A stretch of DNA of 64,000 nucleotides from Lachnospiraceae bacterium (GTDB taxonomy: Bacteria > Bacillota > Clostridia > Lachnospirales > Lachnospiraceae), in contig JAZSFC010000011.1 in the NCBI GenBank assembly GCA_045531955.1, forward strand, positions 15,772-79,771, read 5' to 3'. This document shows positions 9,339 to 17,137 of this stretch, one piece after another. Made by a program: the position numbers and the translations under genes. Numbering within the stretch: the first letter of the stretch is position 1; every line of letters starts with the position of its first letter. The notes beneath the pieces were generated by a model. It searched no databases. It had not been told where the DNA came from and saw only the letters and a program-made list of their open reading frames with translations.

Positions 9339-10520
9339 ATGAATTCGATAGAGTGTAGAAATAGAGCAGAAAACGTACTGATGCACACCTACGGACGTTA
9401 TCCGGTAGTGCTTGACCACGGCGATGGTGTTTATCTTTATGACACCGATGGCAAGCAGTATTTGGATTTTTCCGCAGGTATCGGCGTGTTTGCCCTTGGT
9501 TATAACAATACAGCATATAACGATGCGTTAAAGGCGCAGATTGATAAATTATTACATACTTCCAACTATTATTACAACGAGCCTGCCCTGCTGGCAGCAG
9601 AGGGCCTTGCCAAGGCTTCCGGCATGGATCGTGTATTCTTTACCAATAGTGGTACTGAGGCAGTGGAAGGCGCTATTAAGCTGGCAAGAAAGTATTACTA
9701 CAAAAAGACCGGCGTGGCAGATAGCGAAATTATTGCCATGGACCATTCCTTCCACGGAAGAAGTATGGGTGCCCTTTCGGTCACCGGTACAAAGAAGTAC
9801 CGCGAGCCGTTTGAACCTTTAATTGGAGGTGCGGTATTTGCGGAGTTCAATAACTTAGAAGATGTAAAATCAAAGATTAACGATAAAACAGCAGCCATTA
9901 TTATGGAAACTCTGCAGGGTGAGGGCGGTATCCACCCGGCAACCAAGGAGTTTATTGAGGGTGTTGCGGCAATCTGTAAGGAAAAGGATATCGTTCTTAT
10001 TTTAGATGAAATCCAGTGCGGTATGGGCCGTTCCGGCAACATGTTCTGCTATCAAAAGTATGGCGTGCAGCCTGACATTGTTACCTGTGCAAAAGCACTT
10101 GGCTGCGGTGTACCTGTCGGTGCATTTGCTGCAACCGAGAAAGTGGCAGCAGCTTTTGAACCGGGTGACCACGGCACCACTTATGGAGGTAATCCGTTTG
10201 TATGCGCGGCAGTAGCAAAGGTATTCGACCTGTTTGAAGAGCAGAAGGTGCTGGATAATGTAAAAGAAAACGGCGAGTATCTCTACGAAAAGTTAGAAGA
10301 GTTTGCCAAGGAAAATGCTTGTGTCAAAGAGCACAGGGGCTTTGGCTTTATGCAGGGTCTGGAATTTACCATGCCGGTAAAGGACATTGCATCCAAAGCA
10401 TTAGAGAATGGTCTGATTCTGATTTCTGCGGGAGCGAATACCATTCGTTTCTTGCCTCCATTGGTAATGCAGAAGGCTCAGATTGATGAGATGATTGAAA
10501 AATTGATGAAGTGCTTATAG
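9339..10520 (+). CDS. argD: acetylornithine aminotransferase
   Basis: Class-III aminotransferase features (FTNSGTEAVEGAIKLARKY, LILDEIQCGMGRSG, CAKALG with the PLP lysine). ATG 9339 is preferred over the track start 9309 because of RBS AAGGAGGG at 9325-9332. Confidence 0.92.
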   Translation: MNSIECRNRAENVLMHTYGRYPVVLDHGDGVYLYDTDGKQYLDFSAGIGVFALGYNNTAYNDALKAQIDKLLHTSNYYYNEPALLAAEGLAKASGMDRVFFTNSGTEAVEGAIKLARKYYYKKTGVADSEIIAMDHSFHGRSMGALSVTGTKKYREPFEPLIGGAVFAEFNNLEDVKSKINDKTAAIIMETLQGEGGIHPATKEFIEGVAAICKEKDIVLILDEIQCGMGRSGNMFCYQKYGVQPDIVTCAKALGCGVPVGAFAATEKVAAAFEPGDHGTTYGGNPFVCAAVAKVFDLFEEQKVLDNVKENGEYLYEKLEEFAKENACVKEHRGFGFMQGLEFTMPVKDIASKALENGLILISAGANTIRFLPPLVMQKAQIDEMIEKLMKCL

Positions 10521-10527
10521 TTGATTG

Positions 10528-10561
10528 AGGGGGGCAGGAGAAATCTTTCCCCCTTGTTTTT
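10528..10561 (+). terminator. Rho-independent terminator after argD
   Basis: GGGGG (10530-10534) pairs with CCCCC (10549-10553), followed by TTGTTTTT. Confidence 0.55.
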
Positions 10562-10575
10562 AACCGGGAGTCTAT

Positions 10576-11277
10576 ATGAAACTGAAAGTAGCCATCTGTG
10601 ATGATGAAGAAAAACAAAGAAAATATGTGCTGGAGCTATTGGGAGCATGGGCAAAGCTGGGACGTCATTTATTGGAAGTAAAGGAATTTCCGAACGCAGA
10701 GTCCTTTTTATTCCATTATGAAACCGAAAAAGATTTTGACATTCTTTTGCTGGACGTGGAAATGGAAAAACTTTCCGGAATTGATTTAGCAAAAGAAGTA
10801 CGCAAAGATAACAAGGCGGTGCAGATTGTGTTTATCACCGGATATTATGAGTATTTCAGTGACGGATTTGATGTATCGGCACTGCATTATCTGATAAAGC
10901 CGGTGGATGAAAGAAAACTGTATCCGGTGCTTGACCGTGCAGTAAGCAATTTAAGCTATCGTGAGCGTTCTGTACTGTTGTCAACGGCAGAGGCTGATAT
11001 CCGGGTGCCTCTGGCAGATATTTTGTATGTGGAATCTGAAAATGTATATGTGGTGGTACATACGGTAAGCGGAATCTATCGTAGCAGAATTCCGCTATCA
11101 AAATTTATATCACAACTGGATGACACCTTTTATCAGGTACACCGCTCCTTTGTAGTAGGTCTTAAATATGTGAAAAAGGTATCACGTAGTGAAGTGACAA
11201 TGCTGAACGGAGATGTGGTTCCGATACGCCGCGGTTCCTATGATGAGGTACATGCGGCATTGATACGACACTTGTAA
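10576..11277 (+). CDS. LytR/AlgR-family response regulator (receiver + LytTR DNA-binding domain)
   Basis: N-terminal receiver (VAICDDE...LLLDVEM with the phospho-acceptor Asp context), C-terminal LytTR-like region (ILYVESENVYVVVHT...FYQVHRSFVV). Confidence 0.88.
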   Translation: MKLKVAICDDEEKQRKYVLELLGAWAKLGRHLLEVKEFPNAESFLFHYETEKDFDILLLDVEMEKLSGIDLAKEVRKDNKAVQIVFITGYYEYFSDGFDVSALHYLIKPVDERKLYPVLDRAVSNLSYRERSVLLSTAEADIRVPLADILYVESENVYVVVHTVSGIYRSRIPLSKFISQLDDTFYQVHRSFVVGLKYVKKVSRSEVTMLNGDVVPIRRGSYDEVHAALIRHL

Positions 11278-11292
11278 TTACTGAGGTGACAT

Positions 11293-11937
11293 ATGATATT
11301 TGATAAACTGGTAGCCAAACGTGTGGCACAATTTGAAAATGAAATATTACAAAAGCATTATGAAGAAGTAGAAAACATGTACCAAAAAATGAGAGGATGG
11401 CGGCACGATTACCGTCATCATATCCAGGCCATGAAAGTACATGCAGCAAATAAAGAATATGACGAAATCGAGAAATATCTGGAAATGCTGGACGATGACC
11501 TGACCAATGTGGAAACGGTAATTAAGACCGGAAACCGTATGGCAGATGCCATCTTAAACAGCAAATTATCCCTTGCTGCTGCAAACCATATTGAGGTAAA
11601 AGCTGAGGCAAAGATACCGGTGTCCCTTACTGTGTCCGAACTGGACTTATGCATTATTATAGGTAACCTGATGGACAATGCCATTGATGCCTGCATGGAG
11701 CTTCCGCCGGAAAAACGGTTGATTCGTATCTACATGGAGATGAAGGGAAACTTTCTTTACTTTGCGTTGACCAATACGTCCGGTGGCAAGAAAAAGAAAA
11801 GTTTCCGCAGTACCAAAGGAGAGGGCCACGGATTTGGCATCGCCCGCATGGATGCGGTGGTAGCGAAATACGGCGGATACATTACCAGAGCCTCGGAAGA
11901 TGAAGCGTTTTCCACGGAAGTCTTGCTTCCACAATAA
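11293..11937 (+). CDS. GHKL histidine kinase lacking any membrane/sensor domain (AgrC/LytS-type catalytic core only)
   Basis: 214 aa. H-box WRHDYRHHIQ, N-box IIGNLMDNAIDA, G-box GHGFGI. No hydrophobic helices. Own RBS GAGGTGA 5 nt before ATG 11293. Only 15 nt separate it from the regulator gene, so no room for a missing N-terminal exon. Confidence 0.8.
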   Translation: MIFDKLVAKRVAQFENEILQKHYEEVENMYQKMRGWRHDYRHHIQAMKVHAANKEYDEIEKYLEMLDDDLTNVETVIKTGNRMADAILNSKLSLAAANHIEVKAEAKIPVSLTVSELDLCIIIGNLMDNAIDACMELPPEKRLIRIYMEMKGNFLYFALTNTSGGKKKKSFRSTKGEGHGFGIARMDAVVAKYGGYITRASEDEAFSTEVLLPQ

Positions 11938-11947
11938 GAATTGGAAT

Positions 11948-12010
11948 AAAAAGTGCATTTCGCATCAAATTTTCAACATTTGATATCAAAATGCACTTTT
12001 CTTTTTTTTC
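11948..12010 (+). terminator. Rho-independent terminator
   Basis: AAAAAGTGCATTT (11948-11960) pairs with AAAATGCACTTTT (11988-12000), inner ATCAAAT/ATTTGAT stem, then a T-run to 12010. Confidence 0.75.
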
Positions 12011-12065
12011 TTTGCTATAATGACATCATGAACAACGCAGATACAATAGGGAGGAGAAACAGGGT

Positions 12066-13884
12066 ATGAAAAAGGAGAAAAAGAAAAAGTATTCTAAGCT
12101 TGGCAGCCTCATATGGGCAATGAAAAAACTGGCGCGGCTGGATGCAAGCTTTGTGTTTTTTATTTTTGCGGTTGTTCCGGTTGCCGTAGCTATACCACTT
12201 TTTGCTTCGCTGTTTTCCAAAACAGTGATTGATGAAATCGGAGCAGGAAAATCCTTTGAAGAACTGGCGGTTACGGTTATGGTGTTTGTTGGAGGACTTT
12301 TTTTTGCTGACCGTGTTACAGCAGTTTATTGAAACCAGATGTCAGGGCAGAAGATATTATCCGACCACGGTGTACCAGGATGAGATGGACCGGTTTGAGT
12401 CATATGAGATGGATTTTGAAGGTTCGGAAAAGCAGACGTTTAAAGAAATCAGCGGGTATGCCTGGAGCGATGCCAGTCAGGGAAACTGTGCGATGGAATA
12501 TTTGTGGGAGGATGTATCCGGAGCACTCAAAAATCTGCTTGGTATTGTGACATTTGCGGCGTTTCTTGTGGCTTTGAATCCGGTTATTTTTCTTGTAACG
12601 GCAGTGACTTCTGCATTGACTTATCTGACCACAAGCTGGCAGCCAAAGTACTTTGAAAAGCATAAAAAAGAGTGGGAAAAAGAAGAACGGAAGAAAAGTT
12701 ATCTTCAAGGGCTTTCTGATGATTTTTCCAACGCTAAGGACATTAAGCTTTACGGCATGGAGGGCTGGATTAACAAGATGATGCGTGATTATCAGACGTA
12801 TCTTCTGATGTGGAATAAGCGATGCAGTCTCCGGGGATTTTGGGCATCCGCATTGGCAGGTGTTATGACCTTTGTGCAGAATGGCGTTGTATATTTTGTG
12901 TTAATCGGCATGCTGTTAGACGGAAAAATCAGTGTTGGTGATTTTGTATTTTTCTTTGGTCTGGCAGGCAGCATTGCCGGATATTTGCAGGGAATTATTA
13001 CTGATATTGCAAAGCTTGGCGTGCGTGCAGATAAAATTGCGTATTACCGGGATTTCTTCGGATATGAGAATCACTTTAATCATGGTGAGGGCAGTGCACT
13101 TCCAAAGGAAGCGATAAAAATTGAATTGAAGGATGTGTGGTACAAGTACGAAGGTGCAGAGGACTACACACTAAAGGGTGTAAATCTTACCATCGATGCG
13201 GGCGAAAGTCTGGCACTGGTTGGTATCAATGGTGCCGGTAAAACCACACTGGTAAAATTGATTTGCGGTATGTATGTGCCGACCAAGGGAGAAATTCTGG
13301 TAAACGGAAGACCGATTTCGGACTACAATATCGAAGAATATTATTTGATGATTTCTGCAGTATTCCAGGAAATCAGGGCAGTGGCATTTACCATATTTGA
13401 GTTTGTGGCGAGTGTGGATATGGAACGTAAAACGGCAAGGGAAGAAGCTGTGGCGGCAATGAAGGCTGCCGGTATCTGGGAGAAAATCGAGTCTCTTCCA
13501 AACGGCATGGACACCCACTTACAAAAGGGAGTGTATGAAGACGGCGTGGATTTGTCCGGTGGCGAGCTGCAGAAGTTGGTACTGGCACGGGCCATCTATA
13601 AGGACGGTTCTATTCTTATACTGGATGAACCAACGGCGGCCCTGGACCCGATTGCAGAGAATAATCTGTATCTTAGGTACCGGGAATTAACGAAAGGAAA
13701 AACTTCCGTTTACATTTCCCATCGTTTTGCTTCTACACGTTTTTGTGACCGCATTGTACTGCTGGGTGACGGCGTGGTGCAGGAGAGCGGAAGCCACGAC
13801 GAACTGATGGAGCAAAATGGTCAGTATGCGTACATGTTTGGTGTGCAGAGCAAATATTACAAGGAGGGCGAGGTAAATGCGTAA
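12066..13884 (+). pseudogene. ABC exporter, fused permease/ATPase, interrupted by a frameshift in a T8 tract
   Basis: ORF 12066-12332 encodes the first TM helices. ORF 12229-13884, one frame over, continues the TMD and carries Walker A GINGAGKTT, signature LSGGELQK and Walker B ILILDEPT. The frames meet at TTTTTTTT 12298-12305. Removing one T gives a single protein of about 605 aa, matching the 601-aa partner. Confidence 0.8.
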
Positions 13885-15682
13885 ATTCAGTACGACAAGA
13901 AAAGCACTGCGTGTTTACGCAGCATATAATCCGAACTATTTTCCGTTGCTTTTATTGCAGACGATATTCAAGAATTTGTCTCCATATTTCAATCTTTGGA
14001 TGTCGGCAGAAATTGTAACACTATTGTATGAAGCAAGTGACCGGCCGGCAATTTACAGGATGGTACTTGTTACAATCTTTGGAAACCTGTTTATCCATGT
14101 CATTGGTGCAGCACTGACCAAAAGTGTAAATACTCAGTTGGAGATTTTAAATAATAACGAAGCGGCTGCATTTAACCGCAAAACGCTGTCTCTGGATTAT
14201 GACAAACTGGAAAATCCGGACATCCGTCAGCACAGACGTAACATTAAGGAAAATGCGTATATCAATAACTATGGTGTTGTGAGCATGCGTTTGAATGTGG
14301 GGTGGCTGTTTGACTGTGCCATCAATCTGGTGTTCGCATTGGTACTTTTTGCGGAAATGGTGACACTGATTGGTGCTGCCGGATTTCAATGGTTGGGTGT
14401 GGTTTTACTGGTGTTGCTGGTTGCCATGGTGGCATTGAATATCTATTTTCAGTCGGTACATTCAGGGAAAACATCAGTTGCCTGGAATGAAGTCGGAAAA
14501 CTGATGTTAGAGGAAAACCGCTTGGGTCGGGGTTACAGCAGAAGCGGCATGGATAACCGCATTTACCGTCAACAGTTGCTGATGGATAAGCTGAACAAAA
14601 AGATGGAAAAACGCCATCGGGAGGTATTTACAAAGGTTCATTCCCTTAGTTTTAAGTATTCGTTGCCGGTAATTTTCTTTCAACGTATGTCAGAACTGGT
14701 GTCATATCTGATTATCTGCTTTTACTGTGTGCTTGGGACATTTCCGATTGGCGGTGTCATTAAGTATGTGGGGTATCTTTCGAAGGTTACAGCAAGTGTG
14801 GGAAATTTGTTCTACTGTTTCCATGAAATTGGTGCAAATGAAAAATTCCTTCAGGTATACCTGGATTATTTTGATATCAAAAATGATATGTATCAGGGAA
14901 GCCTTGCTGTAGAAAAACGGAGTGATAAGCAGTATGATGTGGAATTTAAGAACGTAAGCTTTCAGTATCCGGGAACCGAGCAGTTTGCCCTGAAAAATAT
15001 CAATCTGAAGCTGAAGGTAGGGGAACGCCTTGCGGTAGTCGGAATGAACGGCAGCGGAAAAACAACGTTTATCAAGCTGTTATGCCGTTTGTATGACCCG
15101 ACCGAAGGCGAGATTAAAATGAATGATTTCAACATCCGCAAGTACGATTACCGCCAGTATCTGGATATCTTTTCAGTTGTATTTCAGGATTATCATTTGC
15201 TTGCCATGCCGCTTGGTAACAATGTGGCATCTGCAGAAAACTGGGATGCTGAAAAAGCAGAACGATTATTGGAAGAAGTAGGATTCGGAGCTCGGTATGC
15301 CGAAATGCCAAAAAAACTGGAAACCCCGCTTTACAAAAACTTTGATGAAGACGGCGTGAATATTTCCGGTGGGGAAGCACAGAAGATTGCTTTGGCAAGA
15401 GCGCTTTACAAAGATGCTCCGTTTATCATTCTGGATGAGCCGACAGCGGCCCTGGATCCGATTGCGGAAGCAGAAATTTATGCAAAGTTTGATGAAATTG
15501 TAGGAGATAAAACCGCCATTTATATCAGCCACCGCTTATCTTCCTGCCGTTTCTGTGATAAGATTGCGGTATTTGACAAGGGCGAAATTGTACAGGTTGG
15601 AACCCACGAAGAACTGTTACAGAATGAAAAGGGTAAGTACTATGAGCTGTGGAATGCCCAGGCACAGTATTATACCACATAG
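13877..15682 (+). CDS. ABC exporter, fused permease/ATPase (heterodimer partner)
   Basis: 601 aa. TM region, then Walker A GMNGSGKTT, signature ISGGEAQK, Walker B FIILDEPT. The start overlaps the upstream stop by 8 nt. Confidence 0.9.
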   Translation: MRKFSTTRKALRVYAAYNPNYFPLLLLQTIFKNLSPYFNLWMSAEIVTLLYEASDRPAIYRMVLVTIFGNLFIHVIGAALTKSVNTQLEILNNNEAAAFNRKTLSLDYDKLENPDIRQHRRNIKENAYINNYGVVSMRLNVGWLFDCAINLVFALVLFAEMVTLIGAAGFQWLGVVLLVLLVAMVALNIYFQSVHSGKTSVAWNEVGKLMLEENRLGRGYSRSGMDNRIYRQQLLMDKLNKKMEKRHREVFTKVHSLSFKYSLPVIFFQRMSELVSYLIICFYCVLGTFPIGGVIKYVGYLSKVTASVGNLFYCFHEIGANEKFLQVYLDYFDIKNDMYQGSLAVEKRSDKQYDVEFKNVSFQYPGTEQFALKNINLKLKVGERLAVVGMNGSGKTTFIKLLCRLYDPTEGEIKMNDFNIRKYDYRQYLDIFSVVFQDYHLLAMPLGNNVASAENWDAEKAERLLEEVGFGARYAEMPKKLETPLYKNFDEDGVNISGGEAQKIALARALYKDAPFIILDEPTAALDPIAEAEIYAKFDEIVGDKTAIYISHRLSSCRFCDKIAVFDKGEIVQVGTHEELLQNEKGKYYELWNAQAQYYTT

Positions 15683-15742
15683 TTATGTGTTGTATGAACT
15701 ATATAATTTGCTGGAAGTTGATTGAAGTTTGTATAAAAACTA

Positions 15743-15771
15743 TTGATATTTTATTCTAAATCGCTTATACT
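15743..15771 (+). promoter_or_regulatory. near-consensus sigma-A promoter
   Basis: TTGATA (15743-15748), 17-bp spacer, TATACT (15766-15771). Confidence 0.65.
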
Positions 15772-15828
15772 ATTATTAGAAGAGCGTGCTCTTTCCGGTG
15801 GACTAACACCTTAATCTGAATTTTGAAT

Positions 15829-15916
15829 GGACGTAAGCGCCAGTGGTTGACAGGCAACCCAAAAACCTGTTTCGTAACGGACGTAAGCGCCGAAGGTTGA
15901 GCAGACAACCCAAAAA
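15829..15916 (+). repeat. two tandem about 50-nt direct repeats, each with a conserved hairpin
   Basis: Unit 1 from 15829: GGACGTAAGCGCC-AGT-GGTTG-ACAGG-CAACC-CAAAAA. Unit 2 from 15879: GGACGTAAGCGCC-GAA-GGTTG-AGCAGA-CAACC-CAAAAA. The 13-mer, the 5-bp stem arms and the CAAAAA tail are identical, while the linker and loop differ. Confidence 0.85.
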
Positions 15917-15929
15917 TTAGTCATTAAAA

Positions 15930-15967
15930 GGGAGTGAGCGTTACTACGGTAGCGTCTCTCCCTTTTT
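15930..15967 (+). terminator. Rho-independent terminator between the repeats and the downstream ORF
   Basis: GGGAG.GA.CGTTA pairs with TAGCG.TC.CTCCC (about 12 bp with one mismatch and one bulge), followed by TTTTT (15963-15967). Confidence 0.6.
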
Positions 15968-16036
15968 AAATTCAAGTAATCTAAAATTTCGAAAAAATCC
16001 CCCAACAAAACAAACTTATGAAATGAGGTACAAAGG

Positions 16037-16687
16037 ATGGAGTATACCCTAAAGCAGGCAGTAAGTGTAGCAATTAAGTGCGGAAGAGAGTACAAGAAAA
16101 AATTGGCTAATACAAAGATATTAGTTATATATCGTAACAGGGAAAATAATGAGATTGAATCAATAGAAATAGTGTTCCGCCCTTCTAATTACCAGCATTT
16201 GACTGGCTTGACGCTTTTTGATACGCAAGGAAAGCAGAAAAAGAATTGCTCTGTGGAGTTTTATCATAAATGTACCGGTAACAATTTGAAGGCATCAGAA
16301 ATACAATTTAAGGAAGATGGAACTACGCCACTGAAATTAGATGCGCTTCCAAGTCTTATGGATTTGACTAATATTACAAAAATTGTTGGGGACTATGATA
16401 ACTCAAAGAAATGGATGGAAGCAGATGTGATAGTGGGTGGAATAAATTTTTGCCTCGCCGTATCGGAGGACAAGGATGGAAGTTATTTTCCTCGCTCTGG
16501 GTTGTTAGAGGATATTAGAAACATTACGAGGAAATCATCACAGGTATTAGCGATTTTTCAGAAGAAATTAAGTGATAAGGGAGCTTATCAAAAGGTGCGA
16601 TATGTAGCAAAAGGGTTAGAGTTTTTGAAACTAAATTTACCATCAAAGATTTTGGAACAAATAGGTGTTCCGCGAGAAGAACTATAA
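16037..16687 (+). CDS. hypothetical protein, candidate RNase-type toxin (tentative resemblance to phage BECR-fold 'PBECR' nucleases)
   Basis: 216 aa, RBS GAGGT 7 nt upstream. N-terminal segment ...ILVIYRNRENNEIESIEIVFRPSNYQHLTGL resembles, from memory only, the F-x-x-x-N/H-F-x-HL-x-G motif of PBECR-type predicted RNases. It does not resemble the ToxN/AbiQ N-terminus (MKFY...). Confidence 0.45.
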   Translation: MEYTLKQAVSVAIKCGREYKKKLANTKILVIYRNRENNEIESIEIVFRPSNYQHLTGLTLFDTQGKQKKNCSVEFYHKCTGNNLKASEIQFKEDGTTPLKLDALPSLMDLTNITKIVGDYDNSKKWMEADVIVGGINFCLAVSEDKDGSYFPRSGLLEDIRNITRKSSQVLAIFQKKLSDKGAYQKVRYVAKGLEFLKLNLPSKILEQIGVPREEL

Positions 16688-16699
16688 GAGAATTGTTTT

Positions 16700-16740
16700 A
16701 ACCCATTACCTCTCAAAACAGGCAATGGGTTATTTATTTA
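16700..16740. terminator. bidirectional terminator between convergent genes
   Basis: AACCCATTACC (16700-16710) pairs with GGCAATGGGTT (16721-16731) with one mismatch. Both flanks are T/A-rich. Confidence 0.5.
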
Positions 16741-16966
16741 TAAAACATAACAAATTAGCAACGGGAATTTCTAATGTATCTGCGATATCAAGTAATGTGT
16801 CTAAAGAGATAGAAGTTGGCATGTTAGGAGCTTCAATATTGCTCATATGTGTGCGACTTATATTGATTTTTTCTGCTAATTGTAATTGGGTAAATCCTTT
16901 TAGTTTTCGATAATACGCGATATTTAGTCCTATTAATTTATATTCATGTTGATGTTTTTCGTTCAT
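16730..16966 (-). CDS. XRE-family helix-turn-helix protein, controller (C-protein)-like
   Basis: 78 aa. LKGFTQLQLAEKINISRTHMSNIE is a classic HTH_3 motif. ATG 16966 is preferred over the track GTG 16975 because RBS GAGGTG lies 6 nt upstream. Divergent from the methyltransferase gene. Confidence 0.8.
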   Translation of the reverse strand: MNEKHQHEYKLIGLNIAYYRKLKGFTQLQLAEKINISRTHMSNIEAPNMPTSISLDTLLDIADTLEIPVANLLCFINK

Positions 16967-17026
16967 GTTTATCACCTCAAATGTAGTTTATCCCGAATTA
17001 TCTCCTTAATAAACAATGTAAAAAGA

Positions 17027-17075
17027 TGCAAATGCAAACAGTTATATTGCAAATGCAATGTGAAAGTGATATTAT
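17027..17075 (+). promoter_or_regulatory. duplicated palindromic operator (C-box-like) overlapping the methyltransferase promoter
   Basis: TGCAAATGCAA occurs at 17027-17037 and 17048-17058, 21 bp apart, with half-sites TTGCA/TGCAA. Promoter is TTGCAA (17047-17052), 17-bp spacer, TATTAT (17070-17075). Confidence 0.55.
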
Positions 17076-17137
17076 GATAATAAGTGTTATTATGGGAAAT
17101 TGTTTTGGAGGATGTAACTGCACTAAGGAGGATAAGT

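Larger units (their letters stand above)
15778..15967 (+). ncRNA. candidate repeat-containing antitoxin-like RNA (promoter to terminator)
   Basis: Bounded by the promoter at 15743-15771 and the terminator at 15930-15967. Contains two 50-nt tandem repeats plus a degenerate partial copy, GGACTAACACC, at 15800-15810. Confidence 0.4.

Noticed and set aside
15829-15928. Could the two 50-nt repeats be a minimal CRISPR array?
   Set aside because: There are only two copies. They are directly abutting, with no unique spacers of CRISPR length between conserved cores. No cas genes occur anywhere in the window, and the repeats lie between a promoter and a terminator in front of an ORF. That fits a type III TA-like layout better.
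15811-16095. 94-aa minus-strand ORF overlapping the repeats and the start of the 216-aa gene
   Set aside because: It has no RBS, is antisense to a promoter/repeat/terminator arrangement, and overlaps the well-supported plus-strand start. It is probably a chance ORF.
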